Shown here: one piece after another, positions 30,194 to 38,117 of the stretch | Numbering within the stretch: the first letter of the stretch is position 1 | Layout of the letters: each line of letters begins with the position of its first letter | Notes under the pieces: generated by a model | Told to the model about the DNA's origin: nothing | The model's input: only the letters and a program-made list of their open reading frames with translations | The model's database searches: none | Made by a program: the position numbers and the translations under genes | Virus record (IMG/VR): IMGVR_UViG_3300017991_002758 | Span: 35,602 to 99,601 of that record | DNA: 64,000 bases | From: a virus | Direction: 5' to 3' (one strand)

Positions 30194-30870
30194 AAAGGGA
30201 CCCCAACACCACTATTGAAGTGAGGTTCATGGACGTGCCTATGACGGCCGATCAAAAGGAGGCATGCCAATTCGCGGATGCCAGCAAGCGAGCGGCCGGC
30301 ACGCTGTGCAAGGCAATTAAGATACTGACGCCAAAAGACGGGCTCGACGCCGGCATGGACGGCATGAACGATTTCGAGCTGAACGTAGTGGACCGAGCGG
30401 TCGACATTCTGCGCTCAGTTTGGGCCTCTGTGACAGCACGCTCCGATTCCGAGAAAAAGATGGAAAGCAGGAGCTTGTCGCGTGGCGAAAAGGTTAAGCT
30501 GGCTTCAGATGTCGGAAACTCCGACGACGACTTTCTCGAGACGCGCATGGTCGATGCCAAGGTCATTGCCGTCGACGGCGCCACTGCCCTGGTTGCATTT
30601 CTGCACAAGGAGGATCTCGGAGACCTGATGTACTACGTTTTGGTGCCGCAGTACTACTTAATCCCAAAGTTCTATTCGCAGGCCACCCAAAAGCACATCG
30701 AAGTGATTGTGCACTGCGCTCCTGATGCAATCATCTGGGCCCTGGATGTCGGAATAAGCTGGATGCACGGCATGACCAAGGCTGACCAAAACAACTACCA
30801 AAAGGCCTGTGAAACTTGCGAGCAGATTCTGGCAAAAAGCAGAGAAACAAGGACCGACAATGGCAGATAA
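30190..30870 (+). CDS. Hypothetical protein
   Basis: ATGA overlap with upstream gene. Confidence 0.6.
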   Translation: MKRDPNTTIEVRFMDVPMTADQKEACQFADASKRAAGTLCKAIKILTPKDGLDAGMDGMNDFELNVVDRAVDILRSVWASVTARSDSEKKMESRSLSRGEKVKLASDVGNSDDDFLETRMVDAKVIAVDGATALVAFLHKEDLGDLMYYVLVPQYYLIPKFYSQATQKHIEVIVHCAPDAIIWALDVGISWMHGMTKADQNNYQKACETCEQILAKSRETRTDNGR

Positions 30871-31108
30871 ACTGACACCAAGGAAGGCATGGGAACAGCG
30901 GTGGTATCTGGTGATGAAAGCTTGGATAGCCAACCACCCCAGGCCGCGAAGCCGAAAGGATCGCGAGAAGCTCAAGGCATGGGAATTGGCTAAAGCCGAG
31001 TACGGTCAGAAGTGGCAGCGAGAAAACCCGGCTCCACCTCTGACTGCGGAAGAACAGGCCAAAGCCGACAGGTTGCGTGCGCTAAACAAAATGTTAGGAG
31101 GCGGATAA
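30860..31108 (+). CDS. Hypothetical protein
   Basis: SD AAGGA; stop overlaps next start. Confidence 0.5.
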   Translation: MADKLTPRKAWEQRWYLVMKAWIANHPRPRSRKDREKLKAWELAKAEYGQKWQRENPAPPLTAEEQAKADRLRALNKMLGGG

Positions 31109-31500
31109 TGCCCGGTGATTGCTACGCCAGCGCAGGCCGGCATTTGATGGACGCCTGGATTGCCGACCGGGAACAGGGGATGACCCTTGTGCACGGCCGG
31201 CCTACGCTTACGGTTGAGCCGTTCGCTGAGTACGGTCATGCCTGGATAGAATTTCTGGTTCCAATGGAGAAGCTCGGCGAGCTCACCGGCAAGAAGTGTG
31301 AGCTGGTGATGGTGTACGACACCGAAAGCGAGGGAGTTTTCCCCAGGGAGCTGTATTACCGGGTGGGCCAAATCGATCCGGAAAAGTGCTTCCGGTACGA
31401 CATTGACCAGATGCGCCACTGGGTACTCTCCACCGGTCACTGGGGACCGTGGGAGGGACCGGAGGCCTGTGGCCCGGTCGATGACAGAAACAAGGCCTAG
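31108..31500 (+). CDS. Papain/transglutaminase-like small protein
   Basis: GDCY...LVHG...GHAWIE Cys/His/acid pattern. Confidence 0.5.
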   Translation: MPGDCYASAGRHLMDAWIADREQGMTLVHGRPTLTVEPFAEYGHAWIEFLVPMEKLGELTGKKCELVMVYDTESEGVFPRELYYRVGQIDPEKCFRYDIDQMRHWVLSTGHWGPWEGPEACGPVDDRNKA

Positions 31501-31537
31501 CGGCGCCCTCGGCGCCGAGGAAGGAGATTGGTAAAAG

Positions 31538-31933
31538 ATGGACAACGAGAACAAACTGGAGATTGGGATCAAGGCCGGCGACGTACTGTGGCTGGTGCTT
31601 TCAAACTACAAGATCCGGAAGTGCGTAGTCGAGTCGCTCAAGGAGGATGAACACTGGGATTATCATCTGCATATCACGCTGCTGCCGTACGACGAGAACG
31701 GTAAGAAAAAACCCAGGCGGAAAGTCACGATCAACAAAGACAACTGGGGCAAGGGCTGGGCCTGCGAAAAGAAGCAACTCGACTACAATCTGTACTTCGA
31801 ACTGGCCGACGCCATTCATAACATAGACAGGTCAACTCGAGCCAACGTGACAATAGCTACCAGAGCGTTACAGCGAACAAGGCAAATCAGGTCCGAGGCC
31901 GTGAAGGTAGCTCAGGTCTGGGCCGGCAAGTAG
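31538..31933 (+). CDS. Hypothetical protein
   Basis: SD AAGGAG. Confidence 0.55.
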   Translation: MDNENKLEIGIKAGDVLWLVLSNYKIRKCVVESLKEDEHWDYHLHITLLPYDENGKKKPRRKVTINKDNWGKGWACEKKQLDYNLYFELADAIHNIDRSTRANVTIATRALQRTRQIRSEAVKVAQVWAGK

Positions 31934-31961
31934 GAGGCCGGCTCAAGCGACGGGGATTAAT

Positions 31962-32060
31962 AAGGTTTTTAACCTGTATAAAAAAAATGTTATTTAGTAA
32001 AAAAATATTTTACAAGGGTTAAAAAATGAGGTAAGAATATATCGTTATGAATTATTATAA
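31962..32060 (+). promoter_or_regulatory. AT-rich promoter/operator, copy 2
   Basis: GTAAAAAAATATTTTACAAGGGTTAAAAAA, with an upstream AGGTT-TTT-AACCT dyad. Confidence 0.6.
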
Positions 32061-32142
32061 CAAAACAAAAAACGCAGACGGCCGGGACGGAAGCCCGGCA
32101 ACAACCAACGCAGGCCAACCCTGCAAGAAAAAGGAGACAGCT

Positions 32143-33735
32143 ATGACAAACCAGACAGAGAACACCAGGCCCGAGAGCAAGACCGACATCGTTGAGATCA
32201 TGATGGCCATCGCCCGAGTGATCTACAAGGACAGCATGGCCCACCCCAAAACCCGGAAGGTGGCCCGGAATTTCCTGAAGCGCAAACGCGATCAGCGCGA
32301 GAGCGTGGCGCCGAAATTTTTGGCCGAGATGATTGAGGCCTACGGCCTGGCGAAAGACGCGACACCGTTTCACCTGATGGCCGCGATAACCAACGAAGAG
32401 CCGAAGCCCGAGCCCAAACCCGCACCGGACCACGAGAAAGCATCGAAAAAGGCGAGAGCAGCCAAGAAAGCCGAGCCGAAGCCGGCCGAAGAGCCCAAGG
32501 CGAAGAAGCAGGCAGAGAAAAAAGCCCAGGCGCCAGCGCCGAAGGCGGAGGAGCCGAAGGCGGAGGAGCCCGGTAGCGACGAGCCGGTTCCGACTTTTTG
32601 CGAGGAGCTGGGCATAACGCCGGCGACGGTGGCCAAACCCCAAGCGACGATCAGAGTGAAGTCCGTTGCCGAAGCCATCGCTCAAGCCGAAGGCAAGCAC
32701 CTTGGAGATCTGTGCGGCTGGTCGATAGCAGGATCGCGACCGAAGGCCCAGGTTGAGGCAGCCGCGCTGAAGCACGGCCTGGTGGACGACCTGGCGCTGC
32801 CGAGGCTCACGCCCAACGCCTGTTACCGAAAAGCGATCAGCGAGGTTTTCAACCGAGGCGGCAAGAACGAGCGCAAGTGGATCGCGGTCCTGGTCGAGGA
32901 CAGCGCCGAGAAGATCGTTCACTCCATTGTGGCGCGCGAAGTTGTGGACGACGAGAACGACGCGGTTTCCAGCAAGGACGCAGCGTTCAAGACCGAGATC
33001 AAGGTCGGCTTCGACAAGGAAGCCTACCGAAACGGCGCCAGCGCCGCCGGCTGTTTCGTGACCGAGGACTTCAGCCACCCGGCCGCGATCAAGTTCAAGG
33101 ACACGTACCTGGAACTGGCGGAAACCTACCTGGCCTACGACATTCGCAACAGCTTTCAGCAGGCCTTCAGGAGCTGGTCGGCCTGTCCGCTGCTCCCCCA
33201 CGGTGGCCTGTGGTACATCCCTTCGGTTTTCGCCGACAAGGTACGCGCCTGGAACGACTTCATGATCGACCTGGGCATGACCACGGTTGTCATCCCGGCG
33301 TTCGACACCAAAGAGACCATCGAGTCCTTGAAGGCCGCCACGCGCAACGGCCTGGAAGCCCAGCTCGCCTCGGTGCTCGAGCTTCTGGATTTCTACTCGC
33401 AACAGGGATGGAGCCGAATACGCACCAACACCTTGGAGACGAGAGTGGCGGAATTCGAGGAGCTGAGAAACAAGGCCGAGCTTTACACCAACATTCTCGG
33501 CACCTTCACCGACGACCTGACCAGCAAGGTTAAAATGGCAGCCGACCGCTTGACCGCGGACATAACGACCCGGCGCGAGCAAGAGGAGCGCGAGGCCAAG
33601 GAGGCCGCCGAGCAGAAGGAGGCCGCGAAGAAGGCAAAAGCCGAGGAGAGGGCCGCAGCTAGGAAGGCCAAGAAAGAGGCCGAGACAGAGACGGACGACG
33701 CCGGCCAGACCGACGGGAAAGCGAGGGTAGCGTAA
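32143..33735 (+). CDS. Unknown protein with a Lys/Ala/Glu/Pro linker and a DUF6744/DUF3150-like core, likely partner of the AAA-vWA pair
   Basis: GG.W.IP and ELRNKAELY..ILG recalled from that family type (unverified); SD AAGGAG. Confidence 0.55.
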   Translation: MTNQTENTRPESKTDIVEIMMAIARVIYKDSMAHPKTRKVARNFLKRKRDQRESVAPKFLAEMIEAYGLAKDATPFHLMAAITNEEPKPEPKPAPDHEKASKKARAAKKAEPKPAEEPKAKKQAEKKAQAPAPKAEEPKAEEPGSDEPVPTFCEELGITPATVAKPQATIRVKSVAEAIAQAEGKHLGDLCGWSIAGSRPKAQVEAAALKHGLVDDLALPRLTPNACYRKAISEVFNRGGKNERKWIAVLVEDSAEKIVHSIVAREVVDDENDAVSSKDAAFKTEIKVGFDKEAYRNGASAAGCFVTEDFSHPAAIKFKDTYLELAETYLAYDIRNSFQQAFRSWSACPLLPHGGLWYIPSVFADKVRAWNDFMIDLGMTTVVIPAFDTKETIESLKAATRNGLEAQLASVLELLDFYSQQGWSRIRTNTLETRVAEFEELRNKAELYTNILGTFTDDLTSKVKMAADRLTADITTRREQEEREAKEAAEQKEAAKKAKAEERAAARKAKKEAETETDDAGQTDGKARVA

Positions 33736-33792
33736 CCCGCTGATGAGCCCTGGGCACAGGGCGAAACCGGGCTCCGGCCCGGTCCGGGATGC
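33730..33792 (+). ncRNA. Type I hammerhead ribozyme
   Basis: cccg CTGATGA gccctg-ggca-cagggc GAAA ccgggc-tccg-gcccgg TC cggg; all core nucleotides and three stems present. Confidence 0.93.
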
Positions 33793-33826
33793 AATAAAGC
33801 ACCCATAAAAACAGGAGGCACCCCAG

Positions 33827-35227
33827 ATGACAAAAAAAGAGAAGATGGAAAAAACAATGATGGCGCTGGCCGACGTAGTCGTCAACGAGGAACAGTTTCC
33901 TGCCGTGAAGCTACTCAAGGAGCTTCAGCTCAAGGAGCTGGTCAAGGAGTACGGGAAGGTGACCAAGCGCGATGAGCTGGCCCAGCGCCGGAAGGACGCG
34001 GAGAAGGAGCGCAAGGCGGAGACAGCAAACAGGTTGAAGGCGGCCGAGCAAGTCGCTGACACGGACGCCAAGGGCCTCTCCAAGAGGCTGAGCAAACTGC
34101 GCCGGGAGATGAAGGCGCGCTTCATCGAAAGAGGGCCGCTGGTGGACGGTGCGCTGACCGCTACCATCGCCAACGACCACCTGCTCATGTTGGGCCCTCC
34201 GGGTACCGCGAAAACGGATTTCGCTGAGATGCTCGCCGAGTGCTTGGGCCGAACTTATTTCAGCCACCAGGTGGCGAAGGACACCACACCGGAGGAGATC
34301 CTGGGCATGTTCAGCGCAACGGCCATGATCGAAGAGGATGAGTACAGGCGAAACACCGAAGGCGTCGCACCGCAGATGGAAGTGTGGTTCTTGGATGAGA
34401 TTTTCAAGTCGAGCAGCGCGCTGCTCAACGCCTTCTTGCGCGGCATGGAACAGCGGATAATGAGGAACGGCCCGGAGGTGGTTGAGCTTCCGCTCGAGTC
34501 GGTTTTCGCTGCTTCCAACGAGTACCCGGAGGACAAGGATCTGGACGCACTCTACGACAGGTTCGCGATGAAATTCTGGCTGGACTACATTGGCGACCAG
34601 GATAAGCTCGAAAAGCTTATCGCAAACGGCGCTCCGAAAGTTACCGCGAGATTGAACCGCGAGGATCTGGACGCGCTCCGCATACTCTCGCAACGGGTGG
34701 CCTGGGGCAAAGACGAGGCCTCCATCCTGATGAAGATCAAGCGAGCAGTTGAGGAAGTCGGGTTCATTGCCAGCGACCGAACATGGATAGGCAAGGCGCC
34801 GAAGTTGGTAAAGGCACGCGCCGCAATGAACGGCCGCGATTACATTACCACAAGCGACTGGCTGGTTCTGGTTGATGCCCTCTGGAAAAAGCACACTGAT
34901 CGTCCTGCTCTACTGAAAGCCGTTGGCAACGCAGCGGACCCCTACGGCGCCAGAGCAACAAGCATCATCGACGGCGTGAGGATCGCGATGAGGGAAATGC
35001 CGACGTTGGACGATGTGAAAGCCGGGACGCTCACCAAGGCGGCCGCGATGAAGAAAATGGGCGAGGTCAACGCACAGCTTGCCGGCCGGCGCGACGCCAT
35101 CATGGAGGTTCAGGAAAAGGCAGCGGACAACGAGGCGGTCAAAGAGGCGGTCGAAGCAGTGGACGCGGCATTGAACAAACTGACGGCAGTGGGCCGCGAG
35201 ATCACCATGTACAGGCCGGTGGTTTAG
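33827..35227 (+). CDS. MoxR-family AAA+ ATPase (RavA-like)
   Basis: Walker A GPPGTAKT, Walker B FLDEIFK, ASNE.P, ALYDRF, sensor-2 SDR.W. Confidence 0.9.
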   Translation: MTKKEKMEKTMMALADVVVNEEQFPAVKLLKELQLKELVKEYGKVTKRDELAQRRKDAEKERKAETANRLKAAEQVADTDAKGLSKRLSKLRREMKARFIERGPLVDGALTATIANDHLLMLGPPGTAKTDFAEMLAECLGRTYFSHQVAKDTTPEEILGMFSATAMIEEDEYRRNTEGVAPQMEVWFLDEIFKSSSALLNAFLRGMEQRIMRNGPEVVELPLESVFAASNEYPEDKDLDALYDRFAMKFWLDYIGDQDKLEKLIANGAPKVTARLNREDLDALRILSQRVAWGKDEASILMKIKRAVEEVGFIASDRTWIGKAPKLVKARAAMNGRDYITTSDWLVLVDALWKKHTDRPALLKAVGNAADPYGARATSIIDGVRIAMREMPTLDDVKAGTLTKAAAMKKMGEVNAQLAGRRDAIMEVQEKAADNEAVKEAVEAVDAALNKLTAVGREITMYRPVV

Positions 35228-35233
35228 GAGGGC

Positions 35234-36700
35234 ATGATGACTGGACTCATCTACAACGCAAGCGACTTTCAGCGCCATCTCTGGGACGACCATAAGATGG
35301 CTGACGAGGCCGCAGACGGGGCAGAAAAAGTCGCGGCGAAAAGGTACGAGGCGTTCCCGGAATTCGCCGGCGAGATGTTTCACTACTTTCACGCTGAAGA
35401 ACCAGAGACCCTGGAAGAGCCGGCCTCGGGCAGCGAGGTTTTTCAGAAGCTGGACGCAGCCATGAGACAAGTTCCCGAGGTTGAGGATCTTCGGGCCCAG
35501 ACCATTGGCAACGACCGCTGGGCCGGCGTCGTCACCGCAAGCATGATTGATACCTTGCTGCACAAGGTGCCAGCGCCAGATAAAAAGGTAGAGGATGTAC
35601 GAAACGACGAAGACGCCATTGAGTATTTAGAGAGGCTGCTCGAGCAGGCGGAAGAGGACGGCGACAGTGAACAGGCCGCGGGAATTGAAGAGGCGCTCAA
35701 CGAGCTGATAGACGGCCTGGAGGAGAAGCGGGATGCAGCGGAAGCCGCAGCCGACCAGATGGACCCGACCGACGTGAGACAGGCCATTCGCAAAGCGGTT
35801 AAACAGGCGTCCAAGGATATCGAAGACGCACAGGCCATGCTTGACGCTTTTGGCATTGGCACCGATCAGCACTCAGGGCGAAAGGCTCAGATGGCGACCG
35901 GCGCGAAACTGGCCAAGCTTGTTCAGGGCAACGACCGACTCAGGCGCATCGCGGAATTCGCCGGCCGCCTTCGCAGGATCGCAAACGAGGAACAGCGCAA
36001 GAAGCCACGCTTCGGTTGCGGCGAGCGCGTTGGGCGGAAACCCGACAACGATCTGGCCAAGCTCTGCCACCGAGAGCTGATTTACGGAGCCGAGCCCTTG
36101 CGTCACATCTTCGGTATGAAGTACGCCGACCGCTCGCTCGTGTGCGTCGAAAAGGCCGACCGGAAGAAGCAACAGAAAGGTCCGGTGGTCATGGTTCTGG
36201 ACAGTAGCGGATCAATGAGTACCGGCGACGCCGATGTTTGGGCAGCCGCTGTTTGCTTGGCGTACATGGACGTGGCCCGGCAGCAGAACCGCGACTTTGC
36301 GATAGTTCATTTCGGCTCTGCTGTTTTGAGGATCGACAAGTTTGTGGGCAAGGATTCGATGACGCCGGAGGCAATAACCGAGGCGGTCAACTTTTTCGCC
36401 GCCGATGGCGGAACCAATTTTGAGGATAGCCTAATGGCAGCGGTGAAGATAATCCGGGAGACCGGCGAATTCAAGAACGCGGACATCGTGATGGTAACCG
36501 ACGGTTGCGCCAGCGTGAGCAACGCTTGGCTCGATTCGTATGAACAGGCCAAGGCCGAGCTGGACTTCAGTTGCTATTCGGTGCTGGTTGGATCCTACTG
36601 CAAAGGCGAAGTAAACGAGAAGTTCAGCGACGAAGTTGAGCACCTGGCCAATGCGATCAGGGATGAAGAGCAAATGCATCACCTGTTTGGGAAGGTTTGA
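35234..36700 (+). CDS. vWA-domain protein (ViaA-like)
   Basis: KGP...LDSSGSM MIDAS, GGTNF, ADIVMVTDG. Confidence 0.9.
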   Translation: MMTGLIYNASDFQRHLWDDHKMADEAADGAEKVAAKRYEAFPEFAGEMFHYFHAEEPETLEEPASGSEVFQKLDAAMRQVPEVEDLRAQTIGNDRWAGVVTASMIDTLLHKVPAPDKKVEDVRNDEDAIEYLERLLEQAEEDGDSEQAAGIEEALNELIDGLEEKRDAAEAAADQMDPTDVRQAIRKAVKQASKDIEDAQAMLDAFGIGTDQHSGRKAQMATGAKLAKLVQGNDRLRRIAEFAGRLRRIANEEQRKKPRFGCGERVGRKPDNDLAKLCHRELIYGAEPLRHIFGMKYADRSLVCVEKADRKKQQKGPVVMVLDSSGSMSTGDADVWAAAVCLAYMDVARQQNRDFAIVHFGSAVLRIDKFVGKDSMTPEAITEAVNFFAADGGTNFEDSLMAAVKIIRETGEFKNADIVMVTDGCASVSNAWLDSYEQAKAELDFSCYSVLVGSYCKGEVNEKFSDEVEHLANAIRDEEQMHHLFGKV

Positions 36701-36703
36701 GAA

Positions 36704-37045
36704 ATGGCGAAGAAAAAGTTACCACCAATTGACCAATTCGCTGTCGGCAATGAAGTGACCCACATGGTGGCGCTCGCCGACCTCGTCATCGATAACCAAA
36801 TTACCGCCAAAGACGGCGCAAAGCGGATCAGTAAATCGTTCGACCGGCTCCATGAGGTCGTGATGAAAGGAGGTCAGATAGATCGGGACGAGGCCGCACA
36901 GGTTATTTACGCTCTGGCCACAGGGCTCAAGGGAGCGGTCCTGGCCCTGGGTAAAAAAGGCCCGGTCATGGTCCGATACATCGACGGAGAGGCTCTAGTA
37001 ACTCTGCTCATGCCCGACGGCCCACCGCCGGGTATGGGCGGATAA
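36704..37045 (+). CDS. Hypothetical protein, probably co-transcribed with AAA-vWA
   Basis: Starts 3 nt after the vWA stop. Confidence 0.55.
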   Translation: MAKKKLPPIDQFAVGNEVTHMVALADLVIDNQITAKDGAKRISKSFDRLHEVVMKGGQIDRDEAAQVIYALATGLKGAVLALGKKGPVMVRYIDGEALVTLLMPDGPPPGMGG

Positions 37046-37054
37046 ACAGGCCTC

Positions 37055-37151
37055 AGCTCGGGCTACCTAGCAGGCTCCTGAGTCCCCTTTTACCGGCAGG
37101 GGTGCCCTTTGTAGGAGAGCCGGCTCAGGAGCCTACTCGGAGGCCCGAGCT
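37055..37151 (+). other. Long imperfect intergenic inverted repeat / RNA hairpin
   Basis: 30-nt arms with 5 differences, plus inner stems. Confidence 0.8.
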
Positions 37152-37214
37152 AAACGAGAACGAACTTTAAGAAGGAATCGACCGTTCGCGCGGTCAATAA
37201 AGAAAGGATCTGTT

Positions 37215-37709
37215 ATGAGTGAAACACAATTCTTCCAAACTGTAATGGGTAATAGGTTCTACGAGGGAACCATGCCGGCGCTGGTCAAGGCCGTTACCAG
37301 GGTGGCGGATCGGCTGGAAGCTCTAAACCCACCCGAGCCGGCCGAGGACGCCTCCGAGGGCGCCGCCGGCGACGACCCGGCCATCCGGGCAGGGAAGCTG
37401 ATAAACAAGCTGAGAGCCGTAGTACGCAGCACGTACGCTGACCTCGTGGACACCAGCGGACGACAGGAGGCGGAGGCCTGGATAGCCCTTGTCCATGCCC
37501 GGCTGAATGAGGCTCTGGGCCTACCGGCCGAAAACGCCGGCGAAGCGGTGAAGGTTCTCGCTGTTCGCCGTGGGTTTAAAAAGGCAGCTCATCTTGCGGA
37601 ACATTTTTTCGATGACGGCCTGGATGTTTCGACAACAAGTCAGCGAGCAACACTCGATTCGTTTGCTTTTTATCTGGCTCAGCACGCTGAAACCTACGCC
37701 GGCGAATAG
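37215..37709 (+). CDS. Hypothetical protein
   Basis: FFQT.MG.RFYEGTMP.LV N-terminus; SD AAGGA. Confidence 0.6.
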   Translation: MSETQFFQTVMGNRFYEGTMPALVKAVTRVADRLEALNPPEPAEDASEGAAGDDPAIRAGKLINKLRAVVRSTYADLVDTSGRQEAEAWIALVHARLNEALGLPAENAGEAVKVLAVRRGFKKAAHLAEHFFDDGLDVSTTSQRATLDSFAFYLAQHAETYAGE

Positions 37710-37735
37710 CATTTCAGCAAGTTGTTTATACCAAC

Positions 37736-37773
37736 AAAAAATATTTGCTGTATAAAAAAATATTTGCTATGTT
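37736..37773 (+). promoter_or_regulatory. Sigma70-like promoter with tandem AAAAAATATTTGCT repeats
   Basis: TTGCTG (37745)-17 bp-TATGTT (37768) with extended TG; directly upstream of the XRE gene. Confidence 0.6.
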
Positions 37774-37809
37774 CAACGCAACTGTATTGCATAAAAAATA
37801 GGAGGTGTC

Positions 37810-38082
37810 ATGAGCAAAGACAAGGAAAAGGATAGTGCCCAGATAAACCACTTCAGGGCACGAATCGAAATCTATCTCAGGCAAAAGGGCTGGTCATTCC
37901 GAGATTTGGCCAAAGCCATGGGCAGAAGTCCTCAATCCCTGAGATACATCATCAATGCCGGAGATCCCAAAGTCTCCGTGCTGGAGTCTATGGCCGGAGC
38001 ATTGGACGTGACTCCCGATGATCTACTTGAGGAGGTTACGACCGAGGAATACGGCGAAGCTTTTTTGCCGACGTCAATCTGA
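37810..38082 (+). CDS. XRE-family helix-turn-helix regulator
   Basis: KGWSFRDLAKAMGRSPQSL...P.VSVLE.MAGALDV.PDDLL. Confidence 0.88.
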   Translation: MSKDKEKDSAQINHFRARIEIYLRQKGWSFRDLAKAMGRSPQSLRYIINAGDPKVSVLESMAGALDVTPDDLLEEVTTEEYGEAFLPTSI

Positions 38083-38117
38083 CCGAACGGCCGCAGCCAA
38101 CGGCCAAGGAGGAGGCA

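Noticed and set aside
31990-33918. 642-aa minus-strand ORF and other long antisense ORFs
   Set aside because: Shadows of GC3-rich plus-strand genes; no recognisable motifs
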